Assembly: GCA_051294375.1 (NCBI GenBank)
Contig: CM119270.1
Span: forward strand, 16,204,019 to 16,268,018
DNA from: Paraspadella gotoi
Taxonomy: Eukaryota > Animalia > Chaetognatha
DNA: 64,000 bases
Reading direction: 5' to 3'
Positions 13,176 to 25,952 of the stretch are shown in pieces. Below the pieces are notes generated by a model. The model was not told the origin of the DNA. It saw only the letters and a list, made by a program, of their open reading frames with translations, and ran no database searches. A program made the position numbers and the translations under genes. The stretch's first letter is position 1. Every line of letters starts with the position of its first letter.

Positions 13176-16100
13176 TATCGAGTAAGGTTTTTAACGTAAT
13201 GTTTTTAAACGGTATCTATTTAATAATTTAGTATTAATATTTTGATTGTTGTCAAATCAAAATGAATAATATAGTTTTTTGAAAAAAAAATTAATTAACT
13301 TTAATTTTGTGGTAAAAATGAAATTTGGTTTGAAAGCCGTTAATGTATATGTAATGATCGTTTATCAATGATTATTAGCTAATAATTAATTTTCCTTATA
13401 TTGTATTTCACTTATTTCGTCGTAAATTAAGGAATATAGTAATAAAAAAATATCAGCTGTAATTAAAATTTTAGGTGGGAGATTCAAAAATTGTGAAGTA
13501 TGTTGAAGTCGCTATCCTTCAAACATAACCACTAATTGCTTCACAGGCGAAGAAAATATTTCACAATTTCATCTCCCGCGTCTCACGATGATTGCTTCGC
13601 CATCAGGTTCGCATAGCTTTGGTTATTATTGTAGCCTTGTGAAGACTCTACGGTTTTACTCTCCATTAAGTATAACTCCAAAAAAAGGCCTCCCCTTTTT
13701 GTTTTTAAAATTTTAACATAATTAAACCTAAGTAAAAATTAGTGTAAAATAAGTTAACATTATAAGTTAACAATAATAATCATGACAATATTAAAAAAAA
13801 TAATATTATAAAATATTATTAATCAATAATTAAAAAAAAATAATAATAACAATAATAATAAATATATTTAATATATCTCACTATTAATAAGCAAAAAGTA
13901 CTAAATTTGATGGTTTTGAATTATTAAATATAGAAATAATTATTAATTATCAACTTAAATAGAGAATTTTAATATATAAAAATTATTATTTTTAATTATA
14001 AAATATTAAATTAATAAAAAAAAAAATGATAAAATCTTTGCTAACAAGACGTGCCCTTTTCCGGAGACGGTAATAGTTTCTCAATACCGCTAGTATAAAT
14101 CAACATTGTTTCCTCTATAAGTTATTCAGCTTTTTATTTTCTACGAGATTTCCTCCAATAACGCTACGACGACCCTCACCTGCCACGAGAAACCAAGGAT
14201 CAATGGGATGTCAATCCGAGTTACAAAGTGGAAATAACATGAAACCTGGCAATTAGTGGCACATCCTGCGGCAGAGAAGTTTCGGTGCTCGTCAAACAAC
14301 CCAAGCAAGAAATCCATTCGTCTCATGGTGAAGGCGCGAAGAAGGGAAGAAAGTGAAGCTAAGTTTTGGGCAGAAGTGGTGGCCCAAAAACGGTGGTTCT
14401 ATTTTGACGCAATGGAATGAAGCTAATGAAAAAAAAGTCGGGATTGCATTCGTATTCTTGCGTCATTCTTTTCACTATTTGATCCAGAGTGATAATGATA
14501 AGTGTGTTTTTTTAAAAATATATAAATAAATAGATTGTTTAACACTTAGTTTTCAATGTGTACGTAGTACGTACTTTGTTTGAGGAGCCCGGGCTCGCGA
14601 AATTTTGTTTTGTACTCAGTTCGTTCAGCCTGCCTTTAGTTCTTTACTCGTTTTTTCTTCTATTTGTTACTTTTTTTTTTTGCCTTTCTTCCCTTAACCC
14701 GCAGTTCAGAGTTCAGCCCGCCTCAAAACGACTTTTCTCCACGTGGCTAACATTTGTGGAGACGTCCTTTTGCATTAACCTACGTCATTCTTTAGGTTGA
14801 CAAATTCTTGACACTTGCTGACATTGGGTGCAGAATTAAATACCTAGAGAAGAGAGAGAAAGCTCTCTCGCAAGGCTAGAGACATTGCAAGGCCTCCAGA
14901 CTTTTCCAACGGCGCCAACCTCTTCGTCTCCGTCGTTCACCAGGAAGGGCGTCGTTTGCTGGGCGTCACCGAAGTCAGCTTTGAGCGACGTTGCACTGGC
15001 ATGCGAAATGTTAAAAACCCGTATATTTTACAATAATAGAATTGCTAATCTAAATGTCTATAATTCACTTTTTTTCGCAGTCCGCATTTATATTGTTGTA
15101 CCAAAAAAAAATTATTGAACTAATTTGGATAAATGATGACTCCAAGACCCATCTCCGGCTTGGTTTTCATTTGTGATTGCAGTAACCTGTTGGAATTTGG
15201 CCGAAGGTAAGCCTTTAAAGTGTCCTAGGAAACAAAGCAACAAAATGATAACAATTTACATTTTTACGAGAGTGGACGGCACGAAGCGGTTAACATATAA
15301 ATCTCATTGAAACTTTAATTTTTTTAAATCACTAACATAATATAAGGTATAATGTAGTATAAATATTTTAGATAAATTTTGTGCCCGGAATCAATTTTCT
15401 GGAGGTCTTTTTATTTGAAGTGCGAGTAGGAGAGAATTTCTAAGATTGCACACTTCTCGTCACGTAAGTGGGCGTGCCAAAACTTTTTGTCGTTTAATTC
15501 TAAAATTTCCAGCCCTTCGAAGTGTTGGTTTGTTTGTGCTCGCTAACTTTGCTTTGAATATGAAACAAGTTCGTCAACGAATTTATAATCAGATTAAATT
15601 CCCATTAAAATCAAAGACAAATCGAGCCCAAAAAATGACAGGTCTACTCTCCGATTTGGCGAAATGAACTAAAATACGTAGTGAAGGCCAACTTACGTGA
15701 CCGTTTTTTGTTTTGTTTGGGCCGAAAGCAATAATTTCTACGTAAAGTAACCAATTAAAAAGTTTCAATTTATTCAAATTTTTCTATCTCAAAAAATTTT
15801 TTTCCTAAATTCTCGAAAGCGATAATTTGAGCAAATGTTTACTTGCAGTTTGCACAAATTAAAAAGTCAAAGTGGTAAGTACGTTGATTTTAATTTTTTT
15901 TCTTCATAAAAAAACTCCAACACAGTCGGCGCAACCCTGCAGTCGCTCGATCCTTCAGAGGCGTAAGTCGTCGCCCGCCAGCACGCCGACTCGGCTTCGC
16001 CCAAAGTACAATGGGCGTTCGTCGCTCAAGTTATTAAAGCGAAGTGAGACAAAAGAACTCGAATTTTTGACCTTTCCATCTTTGGAAGGTAAGTCATCGG

Positions 16101-16183
16101 GTAAGGATAAGGATTTTTTAAACATTTGAATTCCGCGTTTTATAATTGGGACGNNNNNNNNNNNNNNNNNNNNNNNNNTCCAG

Positions 16184-16709
16184 CCACTTGGCCAGCGATG
16201 GGCCTCTGTCCCGAAAACCTCGACGAGAGAATCCAATTCTGCGCAGAGAATCAGACGCCGATGAAGAACCGGAAGTCGCTGCTCGGGATCGACATGGAGC
16301 GGCTGAGGATGATGTGCAGGTGAGAGGGGTGGGGAGAAGCGGAGGGGGGGGTTAGGGTGAGGTCAGGAAGGATAGATTGATAGAAAGATAGATGAATATT
16401 GATCGATATTGATTGTTATGCGTAATGAAAGAAGGCGCGAGATGGATCACTCTCTTTCAACTTAAAAAAAGAAATAAAATTGAAAAAGAAAATGAATAAA
16501 TGATTAAGTGAATGAATGTATTAATGAATGAATAAATGAATGAATGAATGAATGAATGAATGAATGAATGAATGAATGAAAGAATGAACGAAAGAAAGAA
16601 TAAAAGAATGCGCAGAACAATCGACAACCTCTCGCCAAGAATGGCTTAACGAACAAACTGACGAACAAAGGAGGCATTGTTCGTTTTGTCTAAAAATTAA
16701 AGAGACGTT

Positions 16710-16752
<43 letters not shown>

Positions 16753-19700
16753 GTTCCATTTGCAAACTCGCGACGACGACTCTTCCCATCATTCAAACAG
16801 ATTGGAATCTTTCTGCGCCATTGAATCCGGATCCTGGGAAACCGATGCCAATAACTCCCTCTTGATGCAAGATGCTAACGTCGTCGTCGTCGTCGTCGTC
16901 GTCGTCGTTTTTAACGTCATCGTTTTCATTGTGGTTTTCGTCCTCGTCGTCGTCTTCTTCATTGTGGTCTTCTTTGTCATCGTCGTCGTCTTCGTCTTTA
17001 TTGCGGTTTTCTTTGCCGCAGTCGTCGTCGTCGTCGTCGTCGTCGTCCTCGTCGCTTTTGTGCAATTACTGTAGTTTCTTTTTCGTCGCTTCATTTGTTT
17101 TCCAGTTTTTCCTCTCTTTCTTTGTTTATATTTCCTCACTGTTTTGCACATAGATGTCGCCAATGACTTTTCCCTTTTGTTTTCTTCCGCCGGTTGATGG
17201 CGATGTCGTCTTTGTTGTGGTTCTGCGCCTTCGACTGAGCTCATTCCGCTTTTTCCTGATTGGCTTTTAGAGCCTCCAACATTATTACTTTCCTTCTTTA
17301 AGCTTTTTCCCGATTGGATTATAGTGCCTCCATCATTACTCTTCTTCTTTCAGATTTTTTCCAAATTGGTTTTTAGTGTCCCCATCATTACTTTACTTCT
17401 TTCAGCTTCTTCCTGATTGGCTTTTAGTGCCTCGATCATTAATTTCCTTTTTTCAGATTTTTCCCAATTGGCTTTTATTGCCTTTTTCATTACCTTTCCC
17501 TCTTTCAGCTTTATCTCAATTGGCTTTTAGTGCTTCCATCATTACTTTACTACTTTCAGCTTTTTCCCAATTAGTTTTAAGTGCTTCCATCATTAATTTC
17601 GTTCTTTCAGCTTTTTCCCAATTGGCTTTTTTTGCCTCCTTCATGACTTTTCTTCTCTCAGCTTTTTGCCAATTGGCTTTTAGTGCCTCCTTCATGACTT
17701 TTCTTCTCTCAGCTTTTTCCCAATTGGCTTTTAGTGCCTCCTTAATGACTTTTCTTCTCTCAGCTTTATCTCAATTGGCTTTTAGTGCCTCCATCTTTAC
17801 TTTCCTACTTCGGATCCCGAGTTTCCTCTTGCGGGTTCTAATTCGACTTTTCCAACTCTCGACATCTCGTTCTCTGTCGTTGCACCCGAGACGGTCGGAC
17901 TCTTTCTTCCATCTTTTCTGTTATTCTCTTTGTTTCTCTCGGTTTTATGTAGGTCTCTCTTTCTCTCTCTCNNNNNNNNNNNNNNNNNNNNNNNNNNNNN
18001 NNNNNNNNNNNNNNNNNNNNNNNNNNNNNNNNNNNNNNNNNNNNNNNNNNNNNNNNNNNNNNNNNNNNNNNNNNNNNNNNNNNNNNNNNNNNNNNNNNNN
18101 NNNNNNNNNNNNNNNNNNNNNNNNNNNNNNNNNNNNNNNNNNNNNNNNNNNNNNNNNNNNNNNNNNNNNNNNNNNNNNNNNNNNNNNNNNNNNNNNNNNN
18201 NNNNNNNNNNNNNNNNNNNNNNNNNNNNNNNNNNNNNNNNNNNNNNNNNNNNNNNNNNNNNNNNNNNNNNNNNNNNNNNNNNNNNNNNNNNNNNNNNNNN
18301 NNNNNNNNNNNNNNNNNNNNNNNNNNNNNNNNNNNNNNNNNNNNNNNNNNNNNNNNNNNNNNNNNNNNNNNNNNNNNNNNNNNNNNNNNNNNNNNNNNNN
18401 NNNNNNNNNNNNNNNNNNNNNNNNNNNNNNNNNNNNNNNNNNNNNNNNNNNNNNNNNNNNNNNNNNNNNNNNNNNNNNNNNNNNNNNNNNNNNNNNNNNN
18501 NNNNNNNNNNNNNNNNNNNNNNNNNNNNNNNNNNNNNNNNNNNNNNNNNNNNNNNNNNNNNNNNNNNNNNNNNNNNNNNNNNNNNNNNNNNNNNNNNNNN
18601 NNNNNNNNNNNNNNNNNNNNNNNNNNNNNNNNNNNNNNNNNNNNNNNNNNNNNNNNNNNNNNNNNNNNNNNNNNNNNNNNNNNNNNNNNNNNNNNNNNNN
18701 NNNNNNNNNNNNNNNNNNNNNNNNNNNNNNNNNNNNNNNNNNNNNNNNNNNNNNNNNNNNNNNNNNNNNNNNNNNNNNNNACTGAAATAGGAACGATTGT
18801 CCCTTGGGTTCCGTTGTACTTTCGGACAGACGGATTGACGCCATTGTTCGTTTAAAACGGACGTTACAACGTACAATCCACTTGAGCGCCTATCACCGAG
18901 CACCGACCACTGTAAACCGATCAGACTTGATTTTCATTTTCATTTTTCATTTTCATTCATTTTGGGTTAAGTAAGACGCAAATTTTTTTAATGGAAAACC
19001 TTTTCGTAAAATATCTAAGCTTAAATCCCTTTTCAAAAACTCAAAAACATCGAAATAAAAATCAAATTGAGAATTTCATATTTTTATTTTCATTTTTTTT
19101 GTTTCTGTGGGAATAAAAATTTGGGATTTGAGATTCGATGATGGAAATCGACGGTTCGATTTTCGATCGAAGGCAGCGTCGGCAGCGGCTGTGCAGCGGC
19201 TGTGCAGCGGCGGCGGCAGCGTCCGCCTTCGCCACCACGTTCCTCGTTGCCGCGCCACATCTCGAATCGGGCGCCGCTTCGTGACGAACCTGCCGCGTCA
19301 CGAATTGGCGCAGTGCTCGCAGAAATTGCCGTCTTCGTCTTGAATAAAGGTGGCGTCGGCGAGGCTTTCCTTGCAGGCCGTGCAGGTGAAGCACTCTGTC
19401 CAGGATGGGAGGAAAAGGGGAAATAAGGTTAGAAAAAAAAAAGGAAATGAAAAGAAAGGAAAACAAAACAAAACAAAACAAAACAAACGTAATCATCTGC
19501 TTGTTTCTTTTACTTTCGGTTCCCATTTCAATTTGGTTTTGTTGTAAGACTGAGTAATAATAATATAATAATAATAATATAATAATATAATATAATAATA
19601 ATATAATAATAATAATAATTATCTCCTACGATTCATTACTCCGCCCACCTTTCACCCTCTGTCTTCCACTTTCTCTCCCTCTCTTCCTCTCTCCCTCTCT

Positions 19701-22700
19701 CCCTTCCCCCCCCACCGTCCTCTCCTCACCTTTGTGATACTTGAGCGGGTCCTTCCCTTCGTCGCTCTGGTCGACCACGAGGTATTCCGTCCCCGGAGCG
19801 ATGGGCTTTCCGCAAGCCGCCATGGAGCATCGATCCGCGAACTTGTCGATGTAGCAGTCGGGACAGAAGGGCGCCCCGTTTTGGACGCTGGGGGAGGGGA
19901 AAGGTTAAATGGGGTTAATGGCATTAAAGGGGAGAAGTACAATGGGTAATTGGACAATGAGATATTCGAAATGAAGGGAAAGGAGCGGTATCTCGGTTTG
20001 TGAAAATATCACTGATGGGAAAAAAATGAGATGGATTGTATCGTTATGGCCGTGAAATGCAAAAGGCTGTTACGGAAACAAAGAGATTTTTCAATTTACT
20101 GCAATGTGTTACGAATTGATGACGCAAGCGTATTGAAGGTAGAGGCGAAGTAGAAATTATGAATGAATGAAGCAATGAATGAATGAAAAAATGAACGAAC
20201 GAATGAATGTATGAATACATCTAAAAAAATTAAAGATTAATTTAATGGTACCGGAAAAATGGTGCCTCTCACCTAAATCGACGTTCGGCGAGCGACTTGC
20301 CGCAACCTTGACACAAGAAGCAGTCTTTGTGGAAGGCGTTGCCGCGGTGACGCACCCCACCCTCTGGACCCACGATCGGCTGTGAGAAGAGGCGAGGAAG
20401 AAGAGAGAAGTGAAACCAAAATCAGTGATTTATTTCACCATGAAATGTGATCGAGAAAGTTGGGCTAAAAATAAGAATCGTCGAGGGATTGGAAAGAATG
20501 GAACGAAAGGTGAAAGTTCGTCACTATTTCTCTCTTCTTCTCCTCTCCCGCCTGGCCTTTGTGTAATAAGCACAATGACGCAATAAATTTATGTGGAAGA
20601 AGAAGAAGAAAAAAAAAGAATTGGAAACGAAAAAAAAAAAGTTAAGCCGAGGAAGTGATAACATCTGCTTATACAACAGCGTTGTCGATTCCGCTCTGCT
20701 TGCATTCGCTTTTCGGATTCGCTTCTTGCATCCGCTTCCTCTATCGCATTTCTCCTTTTCTTGCTTGTATCACGCCTATATCTGCAGACTAGTATCTAGC
20801 TGCAGGCCTCTTTCAAAGTTGAGCAACAACGCTCTCTTGCACATGTATAGGTGTTGTCATAAGAGAGAGCGTATGTTAAAGAATTTAATGCGAATTTGTG
20901 ATATCGAAAAGAGAGTAGAACAGAGATTTATTGAATTGAGCTTAGGAATGAGATGAGAGATGCGCACGACGGCAGTTTATTGTATATGACTCGTCGACGC
21001 GCACTGATATTTCACTCACTCTATTAATCACCTCGGCATATACCACTCTTTCCTAAATTCATAAGAATCTGAGTGTGATCCTTATATTAATCTTGTAGAG
21101 AACCCCGCTTTAAATCTTCTATTCTCTCGAATCATGCCTTATTTGTCTAGCTTGTGTGAATCAGAAGTCCCATTAATTAAAATTTCTTACTTTGAATTAT
21201 GGTTATCAATTATCTCATACAATAGTGGTCACACGCATATTTGTCTGTTTTTATTATTATTTTTTTATTATAATAATATTAGCTTAGATGCGTTCATTGC
21301 TTTGTAGGAATAATATGATATAATTTCTATAACTATACTATCTTATATTAAAATAATTCAGTTGGTTTATAATAGTACAAAAATGACTTTTATTACGTTT
21401 GTACTCTTTTTTAATATTTGTTTGAATATTTTTAAATGTGTTAAATTTCTGTTGCCGCGCCTTTAAAGTTATATTTGATTGTTTTTCATACTTTTTGTTT
21501 TTATTAATGGTCATTGTATATTTTTTATTTTATTTTTTTTTTCTTTGTATTATATTATTCTTTAAAATTTTTACTCTATGTTCTTTTTTTTTTTTTCTAT
21601 TAATTATATTATTTTATATTATTATCTTTTTTTTATTTATTTTATTTTGCTTTCATTTTCAATTTTTTAATTCTGTTTGTTTTCATTATCTTACTTTTTT
21701 TTTATTATTATTTTTTTCTATTTTTTTTAATTTTCATTGTCATCATTGCATCATTCTTGTTATTTTATTCTTTGCTTTATCTTTTTTCCTAATTTCTATA
21801 TCAACTTCTATCTATTCTCTTTCTTTCTTGTCTTTTTCTTTATCGTCGGATAATGCCGTCCCTTTAGCTCTGTTTTCTCTCTTTTTTATGTCTTTATTTT
21901 TCTTCTTTCTTTTTGTCTTCTTCATCTTATTTCCTCTCTTATTTTCCTTTTTCTCTTTCCTCTTTGTTGTTCTCAATTTCTCGTTTTTATTTTCCCATCT
22001 TCAGTGATTTTTAAGTATAAGATTTTTTTAGTCTATTTCCTTGTTCCCTTTTTTTTTCATTTCTTTCTTTCTATGTTCTAGTATTTGTTGTATAAGTAGT
22101 TTTTTGGTTTGTACGATTCTTTCTAAACTTGTATCGCTTCTCTTTTTTATTTTTTTCTTCTCTCTTTCCTGCTTTATACTTTAAATAATCTTTTATTTTA
22201 TCGTTTTTGTGATTTGTACTAAATTTATTATTAAATATAGTCTTTTTATTTGAAAATTTTAACTTTAATTTTTTGCTATTAGTCCTTTCTATTTTTTACA
22301 TTAAATGTTCTTAATAATTTATATCTTTTTACATAATATTTGTTAATATTGAGATTTTTTTTGAGCTTTCATTTCTTTTTTCTCTGACGTTTGTTATTTA
22401 TATCTTTGTCTTGATAGCTGGAAAAGGGTATAATAGTGATGGCGGAGTCCTCTGTGTATAATGCCGCGCTTTGTTTGTCGCCCTCAGTCTTCGTTCTAGA
22501 GTGTCGTTAGCGTTAAATAATTTTCCTATTCTCGTCTGTGTGTAAACTGCGTTTTCATAGTGTGCTCCGGAATTTTCAATATTATTTTGTTATTCTTCTC
22601 GATTCCCCGTTTGTTATTGTGTAGCTATGTGTTTTTTAAAATCATTTGTTCTCTGTTAGTTGATATTTTTTATTCTTCTGCTAACACTCCGATGTTATCA

Positions 22701-25700
22701 AACTAGCTCATGTTGGCTTGAAGGCAAGAAGTTTTATGGATTAATATTTCGTGTTCATTTGTTTTCTTCTGTATTCTCCAAAAGGAATTGGGTCTCTCTT
22801 CGCTCATCCGTCTGCCTTGCTCACAGCCGATCGTTGATTGGTGTCGCAGAGGGTGGGGTGCGTCACAGACCTCGGGCGACGTCAACTCGTGTCAGCCGCT
22901 TGAGTGGGCCAGATGCAAACGCAAAATCCGTGAATGCTGGAACAACGTCTCTTTCTTCTGGACATACGTCCTTTCTCTCTCGAAGTGAACAACTCTCGCC
23001 CCCTTTTGCTCACACCACATGCAATCATGCTCTTTGTTCCTCACCGCCTTCTCTCCACACAACTTCTCTTTGTTCCTTTTTTATGACTTCTTTCTTTTTT
23101 CGACCATGCTCGTCTCTCTCGTCTCATCCTACCTCGCGTCCGGCTATACGCTTCCACAAAGAAATGCTTCTTGCTCGTGCAAGATCGTTCTGCTGTCGCT
23201 ACAAGTCGCCTCCGCCGAACGTCTCGATTTAGTGAGAAGCGGCGCATCCAGCCTCATCATCTCTCTCTTCTCCCGTGCTTCTCAATCATTCATCATTTCT
23301 CACACTCTATATCTTGTTTTACGAAAACTGTACTTAGATCGCCATTACATGATTGGATTCGTCATCGTAGCTCGGCTAAGCGGCGGCTAAATTGCTTCTC
23401 GTTCTCTCTCATTCTCATTCTCTTATTGCTATCTCAATTCCATATCTCACTAGCTTTCTACTTCTTCGTCCTCTAACCTCTTCAATCTTCACGCTTGCGT
23501 TATCGAATTCGTTCTATAACAACACAGAATTGCATGCTAAAAATTGATCGAAAAATCATGCTTTGTTTCCGTAACAGCCTTTCTTGCATGTTCACGGCCA
23601 TAACGATATCACATCCTCATCTCATTTTTTCTTTCGGCGCTATCAGTGCTATTCTTTCTATCAAAGCCGACGAATCACCCGCTACCTTTATCGCTGCTTT
23701 CATTTCGATATGGCTCATTGCCTCCCAATTACCGTCTCATTGTACTCATTCTCCTCCCCTTCTTAATGCCATTAAACGCTCCCATCTTAAACGCTTTCCC
23801 CTCCCCCAGATGCGTCCAAAACGGGGCGCCCTTCTGTTCCCGATGCTACACGGTCGACAAGTTCGCGGATGATGCTCCTATGGCGAGCTTGCGAAAGCCC
23901 ATCGGCTCGCGGGGACGGAATACCTACGTGGTCGACTCCAGAGCGATTACGAAGGGAAGGACCGCTACAAGTAACTCCACAAAGGTGAGGAGAGGACGGT
24001 GGGGGGAGGAAGGGAGAGAAGGGAGAGAGGAAGAGAGGGAGAGAAAGTGGAAGAACAGAGGGGTGAAAGGTGGGCGGGAGTAATGAAAATCGTAGGAGAT
24101 AAAACTTATTATTCATTATTATATTATTATTATATTATATTTATACTTATTATTATTATATTATTATTACTCAGTACTTCACAAACCAAATTGAAATGGA
24201 ACCGAAATAAAAGAAACATAAGCAGATTCGATTACGTTTGTTTTGTTTGTTTGTTTTTGTTTTCCTTTTTTTCATTTGCCTTTTTTTTCTTTCTAACCTT
24301 ATTTCCCCATTTTTCCTCCATCCTGCGACAGAGTGGCTTCACCTGCACGGGCTGGCAAGGAAAGCTCGGAAACCGACGCCACCTATTATTCAAGACGAAG
24401 ACCGGCAATTTCTGCGAGCACTGCGCCAATTCGTCGATCGCGGCCAGGTTCCGTGCACGAAGCGGCGCCTCGATTGAGATGTGGCGCGGCAACGAGGAAC
24501 GTGGTGGCCGAAGGCCGGAAACGCTGCCGCCGCCGCTGCACAGCCGCTGGCACAGCCGCTGCCGGACGGATGCCTTCGAATCGGAAAAATCGAACCGCGA
24601 TTTCCATCATCGAATCTCAAATCCCCAAAATTTTTATTCCCACAGAAAACAAAAAAATTGAAGAATAAAACATATGAAATTTCAATTTTGATTTTTATTT
24701 CGATGTTTTTGCAGTTTTTTGTTGGAAGAAGGGATTTAAGCGCTTAGATATTTTACGAAGGTTTTCCATTAAAAAAATTTGCGTCTTACTTAACGCAAAA
24801 TGAATGAAAATGAAAAATGAAAAATGAAAATCAAGTCTGATCGTTTACAGTGGTCGGTGGCTCGGTGATAGGCGGCTCAGTGGATTGTACGTTGTAACGT
24901 CCGTTTTAAAACGAACAATGCGTCAATCCGTCTGTCCCGAAACGCTACAACGTGACCAAGGGACAATGCGTTCCTATTTCAGTCCATGCCGTTACTCCGC
25001 GATAGCACCAGGGAAAGCAACAGAAAAAAAACGAACAAACAAAAATAACTCTTTTGCCGCTAAAAGCGAAAATTTTAATCGTCGCGTCCGTTCGACCATT
25101 TTGCTCTCAATGACCTTTGATGACGCTTCACAATCTTTTTTTTTCTTTTCCATGTATCAACTCTTTTTTCTACAGTTATTGATATTCATTCGTCAAGGAT
25201 TTAATTCCCCTCTCCCTCCCCCGGCCTGCGATTTCTCTCCTAAGTATTCTGCTTCTAACTCTCTCGATCCTCATTATTATTTCAGACCACACAAGCTTCT
25301 CCGTGTCTCCGTGTTTCCTTTGTAATGGTTTCCTTTCCTCCGGCCTCCCCCCCTCCCTTGTCCCCGTCCTGCACAAACACGCCTCTTCCTCTTTTCCTGC
25401 ATGAATTTCTAGTAGTTAAGCCTTCTTTTTCTCTTCCTCTTTATTCCCTTTTTCCTTTTTATTTTTCCTTTTTTTTTATTTTTCTTCTTTCTCTTTTCCG
25501 TCTAATTCGCTCCAATATCTTTCCCACTTTGTTTCAATCGTGCCCTACTTCCTAATCTACATTTTCAACGAAACTTCTATCTTTTTTTTTTTCTTCAAAA
25601 ATTCTTTCCTACGTTGCATTTTTGTTTTAAAATCTTTTTCTAAATTTGGTTTCCTATCCGCACGTTAGTTCTTTCTTTTCATTTTTGTTTTTATTTTCTA

Positions 25701-25900
25701 TTTTTTGCTTTGCTTTGTACCTTCTCTCTTTTTAAACAGCTTTTTCTGTCCAAACCGCTTACCTTTCCTTTTTTGCACCTTCACCTCGCCACGTACCTCT
25801 TTCCTCCGCGCACGGAGAACCTCTCATTTCTGCCTTACCCTTCCCATGCCAGTAATCCTTCCCAAAGGGGTTTTTCCCTGTGTTTTGTTTCAGAGTGGGT

Positions 25901-25952
<52 letters not shown>

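Noticed and set aside
17505-17782. TGA recoding (Trp or Sec) in the 51-bp repeat
   Set aside because: The neighbouring genes use TGA as stop and TGG for Trp; a simple G-to-A change in a repeat explains it.
17376-18903. Long ORFs spanning N runs (also at about 28-29, 31, 43, 45 and 47-49 kb)
   Set aside because: Length is produced by gap characters translated as X.
21438-22007. Phe/Leu-rich membrane-protein-like ORF
   Set aside because: T-rich low-quality sequence at the fold-back centre.
22820-24440. Second LIM gene on the plus strand
   Set aside because: Noisy inverted copy of exons 3-5 within the fold-back.
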